From the NCBI GenBank assembly GCA_963707955.1, contig OY970176.1, positions 1,984,001 through 2,048,000 of the forward strand: DNA of 64,000 nt. The letters run 5' to 3'. Shown in pieces: positions 50,767 to 61,198 of this stretch (positions within the stretch are counted from its first letter, which is position 1; every line of letters begins with the position of its first letter). This stretch comes from Candidatus Bathyarchaeota archaeon. GTDB taxonomy: Archaea > Thermoproteota > Bathyarchaeia > Bathyarchaeales > Bathycorpusculaceae. Both the position numbers and the translations under genes were made by a program. The notes beneath the pieces are model-generated. The model searched no databases and was not told the origin of the DNA. It saw nothing but the letters and a program-made list of their open reading frames with translations.

Positions 50767-51489
50767 TCAATTCGAATCCATTGTCATTATTTCGTCGTAA
50801 TTCTGGTATAGCATTCTGTCAAATTCTATTCCCAAGATTCCAAGGGGTTTACAGACTTCTGTTAGAATGTCACTTTCAATCATGTCATAGGACTCGGGGG
50901 CACTTTCAAAGCCCTTTGGGGTTTTAATTCCTATTTTGTTCAGCACATTTCGTACTCGAACATCGAAGGCTATTGCGTTTTTCAGGAGGCCAAGTTCCAT
51001 CAAGAAGTCTCTGGCGCTTTTGCTTTTCAGAAACTGGAGTTCACTCATCAAACATTCTATTCTTTTCTTGTCAGCATCGGGTCCATTGAGTTCAGATAGT
51101 ATCTTTATGAATATCTTCGGGCCTCCTTTGTTCTGTAACGCTTTTAGATTATGTACCAACGCTCCAGTTTTCCTACACTTTGAGATAGAAGAGCTGGCAT
51201 AGCGTGTTCCAACTTTGCGCAGAACGCGATTTATTGTCCTCGCTTGATCAGCTTCTCGCATTTTGATGAGCTTTTCGTAAGCAACTTCATTTTGGAGCCG
51301 AGCATCCTTTTCGAATTTCTGAGCGGGAAGTGAATTGCCTACAGTGATTACCTGAGCAACCAAGTGCCACCAAACGTCATCGTCGTTCCAATCTTGCCAG
51401 TTATCCGCGGCAGGAACCTTTGTGTTGTTGTAGAAACGATCTTTTATCTCTTTGAACTTTCCTATCTGTTCCTGACTGATACGCAGCAT
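50767..51489 (-). CDS. HhH DNA glycosylase-like protein (OGG2-like)
   Basis: LKSKSARDFLMELG..IAFDVRV..Y.MIE..EFDRMLY parallels the archaeal Ogg motif KEASHFLRNVG..ILDRH. Confidence 0.6.
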   Translation of the reverse strand: MLRISQEQIGKFKEIKDRFYNNTKVPAADNWQDWNDDDVWWHLVAQVITVGNSLPAQKFEKDARLQNEVAYEKLIKMREADQARTINRVLRKVGTRYASSSISKCRKTGALVHNLKALQNKGGPKIFIKILSELNGPDADKKRIECLMSELQFLKSKSARDFLMELGLLKNAIAFDVRVRNVLNKIGIKTPKGFESAPESYDMIESDILTEVCKPLGILGIEFDRMLYQNYDEIMTMDSN

Positions 51490-51741
51490 GCCGTTTCTCT
51501 ATACATCAAGTTCATATAAAATTGACGTGCATCTAGTGCACACGACGAGTAGCGCGCGCGTCAAAGTTGTGCAGTGACAGAAAATGTGGACAATGTCCAG
51601 TTGAAGATTTATGCGACAAAACAAAAGGGATAACGTTCAAGGAGAACACAGTCATTTGGAAAGGTGTCTAGTTGCGCGCGCGGCGCCAACGTCTTTATTC
51701 TTCTCCGCAAGGCACGCCAACATTGAGCGAGCACTCCTACA

Positions 51742-51896
51742 CTATTGCAAAATGCATTCTTTTCCATATTCTACTATCTCGACGCCATTACAGTAGTTCT
51801 TGAACAGTTGCGGGTTTTCAGTGTGCACCGGAAAGATCCGCTCAGGTTGGATGTAGTTGATCAAATCTACTAGCTGCTCTTTGTTTAGGTGTCCTA
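51742..51896 (-). pseudogene. C-terminal fragment of a beta-CASP/RNase J-like hydrolase
   Basis: GHLNKEQLVDLINYIQPERIFPVHTENP (RMMBL motif); no start; begins at a GCGCGCGC tract. Confidence 0.72.
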
Positions 51897-51955
51897 GCGC
51901 GCGCTGTAATAACTTTTTTGCTATAAAATGTTATGCGTCGTCTATGCGTCGTTTG

Positions 51956-51984
51956 GGTTTGGGGATAAAACTTTACCCCAAACC
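51956..51984. repeat. Hairpin GGTTTGGGG-ATAAAACTTTA-CCCCAAACC
   Basis: Perfect 9-bp arms; core shared with 49861-49878. Confidence 0.8.
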
Positions 51985-52153
51985 GCGGGCGCCGCGCACT
52001 CATTGACAAGGGCTTGACATCAAGCTTGCGCTTATGTTACTTGATGAAAGCTAAATCCTTCGGCAAGGCGTGTTCTTAACATGTTCGGCTTCCATCAGGT
52101 CCATGGTTTCGCCGTTTGTCTTGAACAGCTGCCGACAGAAGCTAGGAGCGACC

Positions 52154-52513
52154 TTACAAGTCTCCCTTTGCGATGTGAGACATCTCGTGTTCTAAAATTT
52201 TGTCAAGAGCGTGATAAGGATTCTCCCTGATCAAGATAACATAATCCAAATCGACGAATCCTTCAGCGTTAAGAACACAGGCGTCAGTACCCTTGACCGA
52301 CAACAGCCTTCCCCATTCCTGTACCTCTCTTATCTCATCCTCTCTGCACCTTCTTGACTTTAGGATATGTTCAAAGTCGCGTTCTTCAAGCTGAAACGCA
52401 GCCACCTTCGGAAACGGTTTCGTCGTGAGCGTATTCCATATTGAGACTAGTCTGTTTCCAGGGATCACCTCCCCTCTGACCCTCATACCTTCAAATGTGA
52501 ACGCAACTGACAT
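52154..52513 (-). CDS. Hypothetical protein with HExxH motif
   Basis: ILEHEMSHI at the C-terminus; start uncertain. Confidence 0.6.
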   Translation of the reverse strand: MSVAFTFEGMRVRGEVIPGNRLVSIWNTLTTKPFPKVAAFQLEERDFEHILKSRRCREDEIREVQEWGRLLSVKGTDACVLNAEGFVDLDYVILIRENPYHALDKILEHEMSHIAKGDL

Positions 52514-52891
52514 TAAATCTTCCACCTGGCGATGACGAGCCACTATTAGCTTTCGCAATCCCCAAAGGGATTGATCGACGCCCATGCTATGAACTGAGTA
52601 ACTTTCCTCTAACATTTCTACATTTCGCCAGATAATGACCGAATCGAAGCAGCGCGCGCTATTGAAAGTGTAGGAAAAGCTTTAGCACGCGCGTCCATTA
52701 GACTATATAATAGGGTGGCCTCCTTTACTTATCAAGAAGACAGAGATTGTTCAACCACATCTCTGACACAATAGTCGTAAGAGTTCCAAGATAGCGTGGA
52801 CATTATAATGTTTCGAAGCTGAACTGTTTTTTCACCGCTCAATTCTGCAGGGGACTGCTCTTGCTTCGAGCTCAAACCAAACCTTTCGTAG

Positions 52892-53224
52892 CTATCTTTT
52901 GTGTCGTTCGATTCTTTCGTGTTTCTGCGTTTTCCTGCGCCATTCTCGTTTTTTCTGTGTTTTTATGAGAGTTCTACCGTGATATTGCTGAGTGTCTTCC
53001 GTCCTGTACTGACTTATATTTCTGTAGAAGGTCGGGTAGTCTATCTCATTTTTCTGAAGAGCAGTAATGTTCTGGTTCAACTGTTTCTTGGTTTCAGCGC
53101 TGGTGGCCTTGTCATAAGTGGTCGAGTACGTAAGATAGGCAGCATGGAACTGAAAGTCAGACGGGTTGTCGATCAACAACTTCTCCGGCGAAGCTGATTC
53201 CTTAGCACCAGGTTCTTCGATCAT
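52892..53224 (-). CDS. Hypothetical protein with basic C-terminus
   Basis: 110-aa ORF with SD (GGAG) and coding-like composition. Confidence 0.7.
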   Translation of the reverse strand: MIEEPGAKESASPEKLLIDNPSDFQFHAAYLTYSTTYDKATSAETKKQLNQNITALQKNEIDYPTFYRNISQYRTEDTQQYHGRTLIKTQKKREWRRKTQKHERIERHKR

Positions 53225-53518
53225 GGTTCTCCAAGCTTACTGATAGTTCCGAATACTGCGTCTGCTTTTTAAGGATAACGCACGTTAACGAAGCAAGCTA
53301 CACAGCGTGTGACTAGGACCCAAGCATTCTACGTTAGAAATGCAGGACGTTGAGAATACAAACAAGAACACAGCACGCAGCGCTGGCGCGCGCGACAGGC
53401 GTGTTAGACGGGCGAAAACGCGAAACACGGGGACATCAATGCACGCCGAAGATCGGCAAAACCTCGCAGCATCGAGAGAGAAAAAAGAGAAAAAAGAGAT
53501 ATTATGTTGTTAGCAAGC

Positions 53519-53683
53519 CTAGATCTTTCTCTTGCCCAGAGTTGACCTGAAAGACTTTCCGCAGTGTTCGAAGAGTCCGATCGTGAGCTCCGTCTTCTTG
53601 CCGGCTTTGTCAGCTCTGCCTGCCATCTTCCAAGTCTTCTTAGGAGTGCTAACTTCCTTTCCACATACGGGACATTTAGCCAT
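53519..53683 (-). CDS. Cren7-like chromatin protein with Zn-knuckle
   Basis: MAKCPVCGKEVSTPKKTWKMAG..LTIGLFEHCGKSFR resembles Cren7 P.K.W.LA..IGLF..GK.FR; T-rich terminator follows on the - strand. Confidence 0.75.
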   Translation of the reverse strand: MAKCPVCGKEVSTPKKTWKMAGRADKAGKKTELTIGLFEHCGKSFRSTLGKRKI

Positions 53684-53775
53684 GGAAATCCCTTTTGAAT
53701 GATTACATGCCATGAGCATAAAACACTTTCCATTGCTCGCTAACCCCGACCTATTCCAACGAGCCCACATGGTCT

Positions 53776-54528
53776 TCACTTTTTCGGCCGAATCTCTCCG
53801 GCAAACTCTGGAAAAACCCTGCACAATTCACAAATGTCCTTGACTATTAAGTCCGGTTTCGTGTGACTTTCACGTAGGTTCTCAAGAGTGTAGAACTGTG
53901 AGGGGACAAAAATCGTTCCCATCCCAGCCGCAGCTCCGCCTCCTATGTCTTCAACCGGGCTGTCCCCAACGTAAACCGTCTCTTCAGCCTTCACTCCTAG
54001 TCTCCGCAACGCTTCTTGAAAGATCCTCCTGTTAGGCTTACGCCAGCCAACGTCTTCCGACACTAAGACAGCACTGAAGAACCTGTTCACGCCCAGTTTT
54101 CTCAAGGCAGCGTAGATCACCGGTGCATACGTGAAGTTGGAGATCAAACCCAACTTGTAGCGCTTCGAAAGTCGGACTGACATCCGCCTCGCGCAAGGGT
54201 TCAGCTCAAGCGAAGTCAAATAGTCCTCAAAGAAAACGTTAACCGCCGTTTTCACACGTGCGTCCGCTGGACTCGTTTTGAACTCCAGACAGTTCAGCGC
54301 GTCCGAGATCCAGACGCCGTTTGTGACCTCAATAAGCTCTTCATAGCGTATCAAACGGTATTTTTCGTGCGCACGGCTGTACGCGCTGAGAAAGTCTTCT
54401 TTATCCACGCTGAAGCCCGCTTCAACTATTGCTTTGTACAGCTTCAGCGTCGAAGCTTCCAGACTGTAGTTCTTGACGCTGGTCAAAGTGCCGATGAAGT
54501 CGAAGACGACCGCTTTGATGTCAGCCAA
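53776..54528 (-). CDS. HAD-family hydrolase
   Basis: VVFDFIGTL, LISN, RKP..IF, VGDS..DI.G. Confidence 0.92.
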   Translation of the reverse strand: MADIKAVVFDFIGTLTSVKNYSLEASTLKLYKAIVEAGFSVDKEDFLSAYSRAHEKYRLIRYEELIEVTNGVWISDALNCLEFKTSPADARVKTAVNVFFEDYLTSLELNPCARRMSVRLSKRYKLGLISNFTYAPVIYAALRKLGVNRFFSAVLVSEDVGWRKPNRRIFQEALRRLGVKAEETVYVGDSPVEDIGGGAAAGMGTIFVPSQFYTLENLRESHTKPDLIVKDICELCRVFPEFAGEIRPKK

Positions 54529-54637
54529 TTCTCAGTCCTTCTTCGCTTGGGAGGCTACTAACGCCCATGAAATGCCGATTCTCAAATAATAAAATTCTCC
54601 CATAGACAGCACTGAGTAGACGACAAACCTTCGTGAA

Positions 54638-55321
54638 TCATTCAGGACCACGCTTCGGCTTCAACTGGCCATCCTGCATCGTGTAAACAAGGTCTGCCGC
54701 GTCGACTATCTTTTCATCATGCGTAGCCACCACCACCGTCGTCTTCTCTCGTTCATTGATGTCCTGAAGAAGACTGATGATTTCTTTAGCCGTTGCTGAG
54801 TCAAGTTCCCCTGTGGGTTCGTCGGCGATGATTATTTCGGGCTTGTTCGCGAGAGCCCTTGCTATCGCCACACGTTGCATCTCGCCCATACTCAACTGTT
54901 TGGGCCTGTGGTCCTGTCTGCGTGCCAGTCCCACGGTCTCAAGAAGCTTCATTGCTCTTTCCCGCTGCTCTTTTTGGGACTTGTCGACCAGTGCCATAGG
55001 CAACTCAACGTTCTCCAAAGCGCTGAGCGTGGGAAAAAGATTGAAAGTTTGAAAAACGAACCCGATACGCGCACTGCGGATCTTTCTGCGCTTACTGCCA
55101 GATAGTTGTGAGGTGTCAGAATCATCGATGAAGACTTCCCCAGAAGTTGGATAATCATTCAGTCCGATGAGATTCAGCAGTGTAGATTTACCTGAGCCCG
55201 ACGGTCCGATGACGGTGACCAGCTTTGGTTCATTGATTTGCAAGTTCACAGCTTTGACGGCTGTTATTTCGGATGAGCCTACTCGAAACGATCTTGTCAG
55301 GTTCACCGTTCGGATCTTCAT
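54638..55321 (-). CDS. ABC transporter ATPase (LolD/MacB type)
   Basis: GPSGSGKST, LSMGEMQRVAIARAL, ADEPTGELD. Confidence 0.95.
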   Translation of the reverse strand: MKIRTVNLTRSFRVGSSEITAVKAVNLQINEPKLVTVIGPSGSGKSTLLNLIGLNDYPTSGEVFIDDSDTSQLSGSKRRKIRSARIGFVFQTFNLFPTLSALENVELPMALVDKSQKEQRERAMKLLETVGLARRQDHRPKQLSMGEMQRVAIARALANKPEIIIADEPTGELDSATAKEIISLLQDINEREKTTVVVATHDEKIVDAADLVYTMQDGQLKPKRGPE

Positions 55322-56499
55322 CAGTATTCCGCTCTTAGAACTTCGGCTATCCTCATCCTCATGGCGTTTGCCGCAGGAATTACCCCACCGACGCAGCATA
55401 TGCCGACGATAGCTGCAAACATTTCCAACATGTAAAGCGGTGGCACGATCTCAAAGATGCTGGGAAAGAAAAGTGCAATGGGAATGCTCGTGTAGAGGCT
55501 TGCCAAAACGATGGCTCCCAGTGAACCGAAGGCTATTCCGATAACGCCGCCTAGCACACCGATCAGGGAAGTCTCTATGATTACCACTCGAAACACGTAG
55601 CTCGCCGGAGCTCCCATAGCATCTAGGGTTGCAAAGTCGCGGCGCCTCTCCGACACACTCATGACCGTGACAGTCATGACTAGGATCAGGCTGATGGTGA
55701 AGACGACTGCTTCGGTGCCGATGGTCCAAGTCTGCAGCTGCTCCAGAATGGGCTGAATGATATCGTTCCTCTGAGTCTCCGTCAAAGCATTGACGTAATC
55801 TATTTTTTTATCAATGGCCTCGGTCAAGTTCTGCTCGGGCACGTTTTGAACAGGTTTGACCGCAATTATGTTTACCATTTGCGGATAATCGTAAACGCTT
55901 TGCGCCAGTTTGAGAGGCATGACCAAACAGCGATTCAACAGGGCCATCTTCGTGTCCAAAACGCCAGAAACGCGTAACCCGTAGCCGTTCAGTTCTATCA
56001 CCGTGCCCACAGTCCAACCATATTGATCCGCTATAGAAGCGCCGGCCACGATTTCGCTGCTTGAATCGTTTGCCGGAAGATGTCCGTTTCCCCTCAGCGC
56101 TATGGGTCCAAGTGCAAGCTCCCAATCTTCAACGGGGATTCCCATCGTAAAGTTTACGGGCACAGGCTGAAGCAGCGCCTGAGATCCAACCGATGTGATA
56201 AACAGCACTGGAGTCACGGCACTCACCCCTGGAATACCGTTTATTTCTTCAACTGTTTGTTCTTGGGGCAACATGCCGCCGCCGATGGGAATCGCCTGAA
56301 TCACGATAGCATCTTTGCTCACCACCGTGACTTGGCCATTGAAAAGCACGTCCATCTCTTGTATCACCGTTGCATATCGCATGCTGGTGGCGCCAACGGC
56401 GATCACGAATGTTGCCGCAATCGCAACCCCTAGGATGCACAGTGCTGTTCTAATTTTTCTTCGAAAGAGATTTCTGAAGCAGAACGTAAGTAGCCGCGT
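55321..56499 (-). CDS. ABC transporter permease (FtsX/MacB family)
   Basis: RNLFRRKIRTALCILGVAI N-terminus (frame opens at ACG 56499); SVSERRRDFATLDAMGA; IAEVLRAE. Confidence 0.9.
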   Translation of the reverse strand, partial: TRLLTFCFRNLFRRKIRTALCILGVAIAATFVIAVGATSMRYATVIQEMDVLFNGQVTVVSKDAIVIQAIPIGGGMLPQEQTVEEINGIPGVSAVTPVLFITSVGSQALLQPVPVNFTMGIPVEDWELALGPIALRGNGHLPANDSSSEIVAGASIADQYGWTVGTVIELNGYGLRVSGVLDTKMALLNRCLVMPLKLAQSVYDYPQMVNIIAVKPVQNVPEQNLTEAIDKKIDYVNALTETQRNDIIQPILEQLQTWTIGTEAVVFTISLILVMTVTVMSVSERRRDFATLDAMGAPASYVFRVVIIETSLIGVLGGVIGIAFGSLGAIVLASLYTSIPIALFFPSIFEIVPPLYMLEMFAAIVGICCVGGVIPAANAMRMRIAEVLRAEY

Positions 56500-56597
56500 T
56501 TACGATCCCCTAGGCGGTTAGTCTCGCGTGAAAACTATATAAGCATTGACAACGGATGATTATGCCGCTAAGTGAAAATTGAAATGGAGAAAAGAAA

Positions 56598-59500
56598 ATG
56601 AAAATTACTAAGAAAATCTTGAGTTCAACGGCTTTGTTTCTCTTGTTGATTTCAACATTCACAGTGATATCTAGATCATACGTAGCTGCGCGCGATATGC
56701 CTGAAGCAACCTTGACTGGCACCATTTTTGACCATGGTGTTGACACTAATGGCAACGGCCTGTATGATTACTTAGAGGTCGATGTGGAAATCAACGTGAC
56801 TGTTGCAGGAAACTTTCAGGTGACAATCAGTGGGCTTTTCGACCAGTCTTTTAACTACATATCCGTCTATAATAGTAATCAAGGCGACCTTGCCGCTGGC
56901 ATTCAATATCTAAACGTGTCCTTGTTCGGTCCAGCTATTTTCAGCTCTGGCTTAAATCCACAAGAAATCAGTTATATCACGTTATACACGGGATCCTACA
57001 TTCTAGGCTATATGTACGACGTACAATTGTCGAGAGTCTACAACTTTTCTGAATTTGATCCTCCTGGTGCCCTCTTGACGGGACACATTTCGGACATGGG
57101 CGTTGACACTGATGGCGACCACCTCTTCAATTATCTTGCAGTCGGAGTAGAAATCAACGTGACGGGAGCTGGAGAATACCAGGTCAGTGCCGAGGGGTTA
57201 ATGGAAGACCCTGTAACCGTGACGAAATCCTTGATCGATTACGAGTCTGAAACTGGAAACTTTACTGTCGGCCTTCACACGGTTTACCTGAATTTTTCAG
57301 GTCCAGAAATCGCTTTTGACCAGTTGAACCCGAACGAGCTATACTTCATAAACGTATACGATGTCTTAAATAACTATTTGACAAGCCACCTTGATTCTGC
57401 ACCTCTTTCGATGCGGTACAACTACACACTTTTCAACGCGCCTTCAAGAGACATTCAACTCAACTTCAAAGTCTATCCAAACGCCACGGTCGCAGTGGAC
57501 GGAGCATTCAACTACACACACATGTACCCAGAGAACACGTCCGTGTCACAAATGAACGCCACAATGGGCTTTTCAACGAGCGGGAACGTGACAACAGAGA
57601 CATCCAGCGGCACCGTGGTTCTTCCAAACAACCCATCTTTCAACTACAACGCAACTGAAGCACACGCCCGCTCATCATACGAGAATGGGGTCGAAAGCGA
57701 CACTCTCAACGACTCGACGATCTTGCCTCCGGAAGTGGCTGGGATCTACCCGTTCAACACAACGGACGCTAGTCTTACCGCTGCATATAATCACGGCCTG
57801 TTTGACGTGGCCATCACAGGGTCAACGGTGATGCCCAGCAGTTACACTAGCTCCATTTTCGGCACCATGTACAGCACTATTCTTCCACTTAACATGTCCG
57901 ACGTCACGGTTCGCGCAGATTTCGACGGAACAAACGTCATAGGAAACATCACTTTCCACGCGATCGGAGGATTTCCACTTGCCGACGTCAGGCTAGACTT
58001 CAGCGGCAACAGAAGCAACCTCTCCTTCACAGGCGACGTCAACGTCACTTATGGGAACTATAACGGTGTTGAAATAAACGAAACCACGATAGACCAAGCG
58101 CTCACCATATTTGACAACTTCACTGGACAAGGGCCGGGTTCCCTCTACAACATGACTGGGGGTTATCTGGAATGCACGCAGGTGAGCGTCACCAAAATTC
58201 CATGGTCAGACCCAACGCTTGGCGCAGACATCACGTTCAGCGCTACCGTCAACGGAAGCTTCACAGGAGCTATAGCCTACATGGTATTTCCGCCGGGGCT
58301 TACAGATGATTATCTGCAGAATTTAGCACACGCCTCCTTGGAGTCAGCGGCCTCTTCGGTTAGAAACGCTTCTTTAACACTCAACTATTATCATAGCTCA
58401 GGAATCGCAGACGTAGACATACGATTGACGAGTGATGTGCAAGGCCTGTGCAACAGCCTTCTTGTCTCGGTGCCCCCCGCGATACCTAGTCCTTGGGCTT
58501 CATATGAAACGCAGATCGAAACTTGGCTTAAGATCGCAAACGCCACGGCCCACGAGCTTACGAGTGCAGGTTTGAACGCGTCCTATTCGAGCGCCGAAGG
58601 GAAGATTTCTCTTAACGCGTGGCTCTCAGCCAATGCAAGGCAGCTTAAGAACGACATCCTTTCATTTTTGCCAGATGCGGTGCCGTCAAGCATGCATGAC
58701 CTCTTCGAATCCTTCTTCAACGCAACGCCTTACTGCACCTTGTCTTCTTCAACTGAAACGTTCGATATGGTTAATGGAGTGGCGACCTTTGGTTCAACCG
58801 AGACTCTTCAGGGCGATTTCGAAGCTGAACTGAACCGCGACAAGAGTTTCTTGTTGGAAGCAACGAGTTCATTGTTACTTTCAGCGCCACCTTCAGCGCC
58901 ATTGCCATGGGAGCTTAATCTGCTCAACGAGACTGACATAGACATCAACAACTTCCAAGCACAATTCAAGGTTGGACAAGACTCGATTAACGGGAGCTTC
59001 AGCGGGCTGATTCTCAAACCTCAGGCCGACAACATAGATTCCGTAAGGTTCAAACTCGAAAAGTGGCTGAACCTGACGAATAACGCGGAGGCGCCGCCGC
59101 TTGAATTTGACAAACTCTCAGTCATAATCACCGGAGAGTCAAACGCCAACCAGACGGTTCTGCTCAGCCAGCCATCCGACGTGCCGAACCCAGACAGCAT
59201 ATCCGGAGACTACAGGAGCATGGCTTGGAACAACGTCTCTCTCAGCAGCCTGCAAGACCTGATGTTTCTAGAAGCCTACCAAGAACAAGTCAGTTACCGC
59301 GGAGGAACGTACCCCATTCCGATATTCACAAACTCTACAGTAACCAACTTTGCCTTCGACGCCAGCGCCAAACAGATAACGTTCAACGTCACCGGACCAG
59401 CAGACACGCTAGGGTTCTGCAACGTGACAATCCCAAGAAACCTGCTCAACGCAACCGCACTTAGTGATTGGGTCGTCGTGCTCGATGGAAAAACCTTAAC

Positions 59501-59756
59501 TTCGGAAGAGTTCAACATAACACAAAACGATGATTACGTGTTCGTGTACCTGAACTACACCCACTCAGAACATCAAATATCCATCATCGGCACAGTCGTA
59601 CTCGCAGAGTTTCAACCAGACATTCTGCCACTCGTCCTAGCAATTTCAACCCTCATCGCAGCCATAGTAACCTTCAAACAAAGAAGAAAACTCGAACCCT
59701 TGAAAGCCAAATGCCGTCAAGCCTTGAGTATGCTTTCATCAAAGCCGAGAAGCTGA
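56598..59756 (+). CDS. Large secreted, membrane-anchored glycoprotein
   Basis: Signal peptide; duplicated D.GVDT.G..L..YL.V.VEINVT domain; many sequons; C-terminal FCNVTIP..HS.H.I.I domain, AEFQP, TM, basic tail. Confidence 0.85.
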   Translation: MKITKKILSSTALFLLLISTFTVISRSYVAARDMPEATLTGTIFDHGVDTNGNGLYDYLEVDVEINVTVAGNFQVTISGLFDQSFNYISVYNSNQGDLAAGIQYLNVSLFGPAIFSSGLNPQEISYITLYTGSYILGYMYDVQLSRVYNFSEFDPPGALLTGHISDMGVDTDGDHLFNYLAVGVEINVTGAGEYQVSAEGLMEDPVTVTKSLIDYESETGNFTVGLHTVYLNFSGPEIAFDQLNPNELYFINVYDVLNNYLTSHLDSAPLSMRYNYTLFNAPSRDIQLNFKVYPNATVAVDGAFNYTHMYPENTSVSQMNATMGFSTSGNVTTETSSGTVVLPNNPSFNYNATEAHARSSYENGVESDTLNDSTILPPEVAGIYPFNTTDASLTAAYNHGLFDVAITGSTVMPSSYTSSIFGTMYSTILPLNMSDVTVRADFDGTNVIGNITFHAIGGFPLADVRLDFSGNRSNLSFTGDVNVTYGNYNGVEINETTIDQALTIFDNFTGQGPGSLYNMTGGYLECTQVSVTKIPWSDPTLGADITFSATVNGSFTGAIAYMVFPPGLTDDYLQNLAHASLESAASSVRNASLTLNYYHSSGIADVDIRLTSDVQGLCNSLLVSVPPAIPSPWASYETQIETWLKIANATAHELTSAGLNASYSSAEGKISLNAWLSANARQLKNDILSFLPDAVPSSMHDLFESFFNATPYCTLSSSTETFDMVNGVATFGSTETLQGDFEAELNRDKSFLLEATSSLLLSAPPSAPLPWELNLLNETDIDINNFQAQFKVGQDSINGSFSGLILKPQADNIDSVRFKLEKWLNLTNNAEAPPLEFDKLSVIITGESNANQTVLLSQPSDVPNPDSISGDYRSMAWNNVSLSSLQDLMFLEAYQEQVSYRGGTYPIPIFTNSTVTNFAFDASAKQITFNVTGPADTLGFCNVTIPRNLLNATALSDWVVVLDGKTLTSEEFNITQNDDYVFVYLNYTHSEHQISIIGTVVLAEFQPDILPLVLAISTLIAAIVTFKQRRKLEPLKAKCRQALSMLSSKPRS

Positions 59757-59778
59757 CTCCTCTTTTCCCTCTTTTTGT
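59755..59778 (+). terminator. T-rich terminator
   Basis: CTCCTCTTTTCCCTCTTTTTGT after the stop codon. Confidence 0.5.
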
Positions 59779-59897
59779 CGCGAATGAACCTTTGAACTAC
59801 CGTGCCTGGTAGCACGGATGTCGTACGCAGTAATCGATCAAGGTTTGAATGTTGTTTACTGTGGGCCGTCGAAATGTTAACTTGCTGTTTTCAATTT

Positions 59898-60677
59898 TCA
59901 TTCTTTTCTTTTCCTGCTTCGCTGACCCCTCAATCCAGTGTGTGCCTGGGTTTCTAGGATTTTTGAGCATAAATACTTCACCTTGTCGGCAAGTGTGGTT
60001 TGCAGAAGTTTGTCTGGGTGGCCTATCGCAGCTTCCAATTCTGAATCATAGGGAATTTCTTCAAGAAACTTTAAGCCCAGCTTTTGAGTTTCCTGCTGTA
60101 TCGTGTTTGAGTCGTTCATCTTCATGTTTTCCACGACGCCCAAGACTGGAACTCTGAGCGCCCGCAGCAGGGTGGCTAGCTTCTTGACCGTTTCAAAAGC
60201 CAGTCTTGAAGGAGTCGTGACTATCAGGAATTCTATGTTGTTTATGAACCTGACCGCGTCGAGTGTTGCGTCGCCGATTCCGGGCGGCATGTCCAAAACG
60301 AGGTAGTTCAGCTTTCCCCATCTGGTTGTTGACAGCAGTTCTACGAGTGCGTTTGAAACGTCTTCGCCCCGCAGCGGAGTGGCCAGGTCATGTGAATAGT
60401 ACGTTATGGACATGTACTTCAAGCCGTGAACCTTAGGCGGAACGATGCCCTTGTTCTCTTTCGGTCGCTCGCCTCTTATGCCCAGAATCGTATGGGTGGA
60501 CGGACTTGTGAAATCCAAATCGAAAAGGCCAACTGTGTAGCCCTTTTTTGCGAGGCTCAGAGCAAGCGTTGAGGCGATTAGGCTCTTTCCGACGCCGCCT
60601 TTTCCGCTGGACACGGCGATGATCGCGTCTATTTCCTTCATCCTCTCGTTTATGATGCTGATTCGCGGGTCAGCCAT
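59898..60677 (-). CDS. mrp: Mrp/NBP35 family ATPase
   Basis: SGKGGVGKS, DLDF..PS, LDMPPGIGD, GVVENM. Confidence 0.92.
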   Translation of the reverse strand: MADPRISIINERMKEIDAIIAVSSGKGGVGKSLIASTLALSLAKKGYTVGLFDLDFTSPSTHTILGIRGERPKENKGIVPPKVHGLKYMSITYYSHDLATPLRGEDVSNALVELLSTTRWGKLNYLVLDMPPGIGDATLDAVRFINNIEFLIVTTPSRLAFETVKKLATLLRALRVPVLGVVENMKMNDSNTIQQETQKLGLKFLEEIPYDSELEAAIGHPDKLLQTTLADKVKYLCSKILETQAHTGLRGQRSRKRKE

Positions 60678-60678
60678 T

Positions 60679-61077
60679 CTACTTCACTCCTCTGACGGTT
60701 TGAAGCCACACTCCGCGTCCCTGCTCTATCTCAAAGTCTGGGCTGGCACAGTTTGGACATTTGATGTACGCGTGCGCGATCTCTGGAACAAAGTGTATTG
60801 CCTCCAACGTGGCTTGGTCCAGGTTTTTCGTTCGAAAAACCCAGGTGTGACCGCACACTCGACACTTCAACCGTGCTTTTTCGGTTTCCACGTCGAATCT
60901 CGCTCTCTTGAATTTTGCCGTCTTGAGCTGTGACAGGGCAAATTCTAGTATGGCTCTTTCTACTTGCTGCAGCTCGCCAACCCTTACTGTCACCTGGGTG
61001 ACCTGCTTCAATCCTTCCCTCTCTGCTATCTCAGAGGCCGCCGTGATCACGGCTTCGGCCAACGCCCATTCATGCAT
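60679..61077 (-). CDS. hypA: Hydrogenase nickel incorporation protein HypA
   Basis: MHEWALA, VGELQQV, CRVC..CPNC, GRG. Confidence 0.95.
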   Translation of the reverse strand: MHEWALAEAVITAASEIAEREGLKQVTQVTVRVGELQQVERAILEFALSQLKTAKFKRARFDVETEKARLKCRVCGHTWVFRTKNLDQATLEAIHFVPEIAHAYIKCPNCASPDFEIEQGRGVWLQTVRGVK

Positions 61078-61198
61078 AGGGGAGCCTTCACTGAAGGCTG
61101 ATTTAAGAGTGTTGTAACCTGAAGAGCCTGCAAGAGCGTACGGTCAAGCTGCTTTCAAGCCAGATCAGATATATACTCCCAGGTTTGAATGAGCCTCC

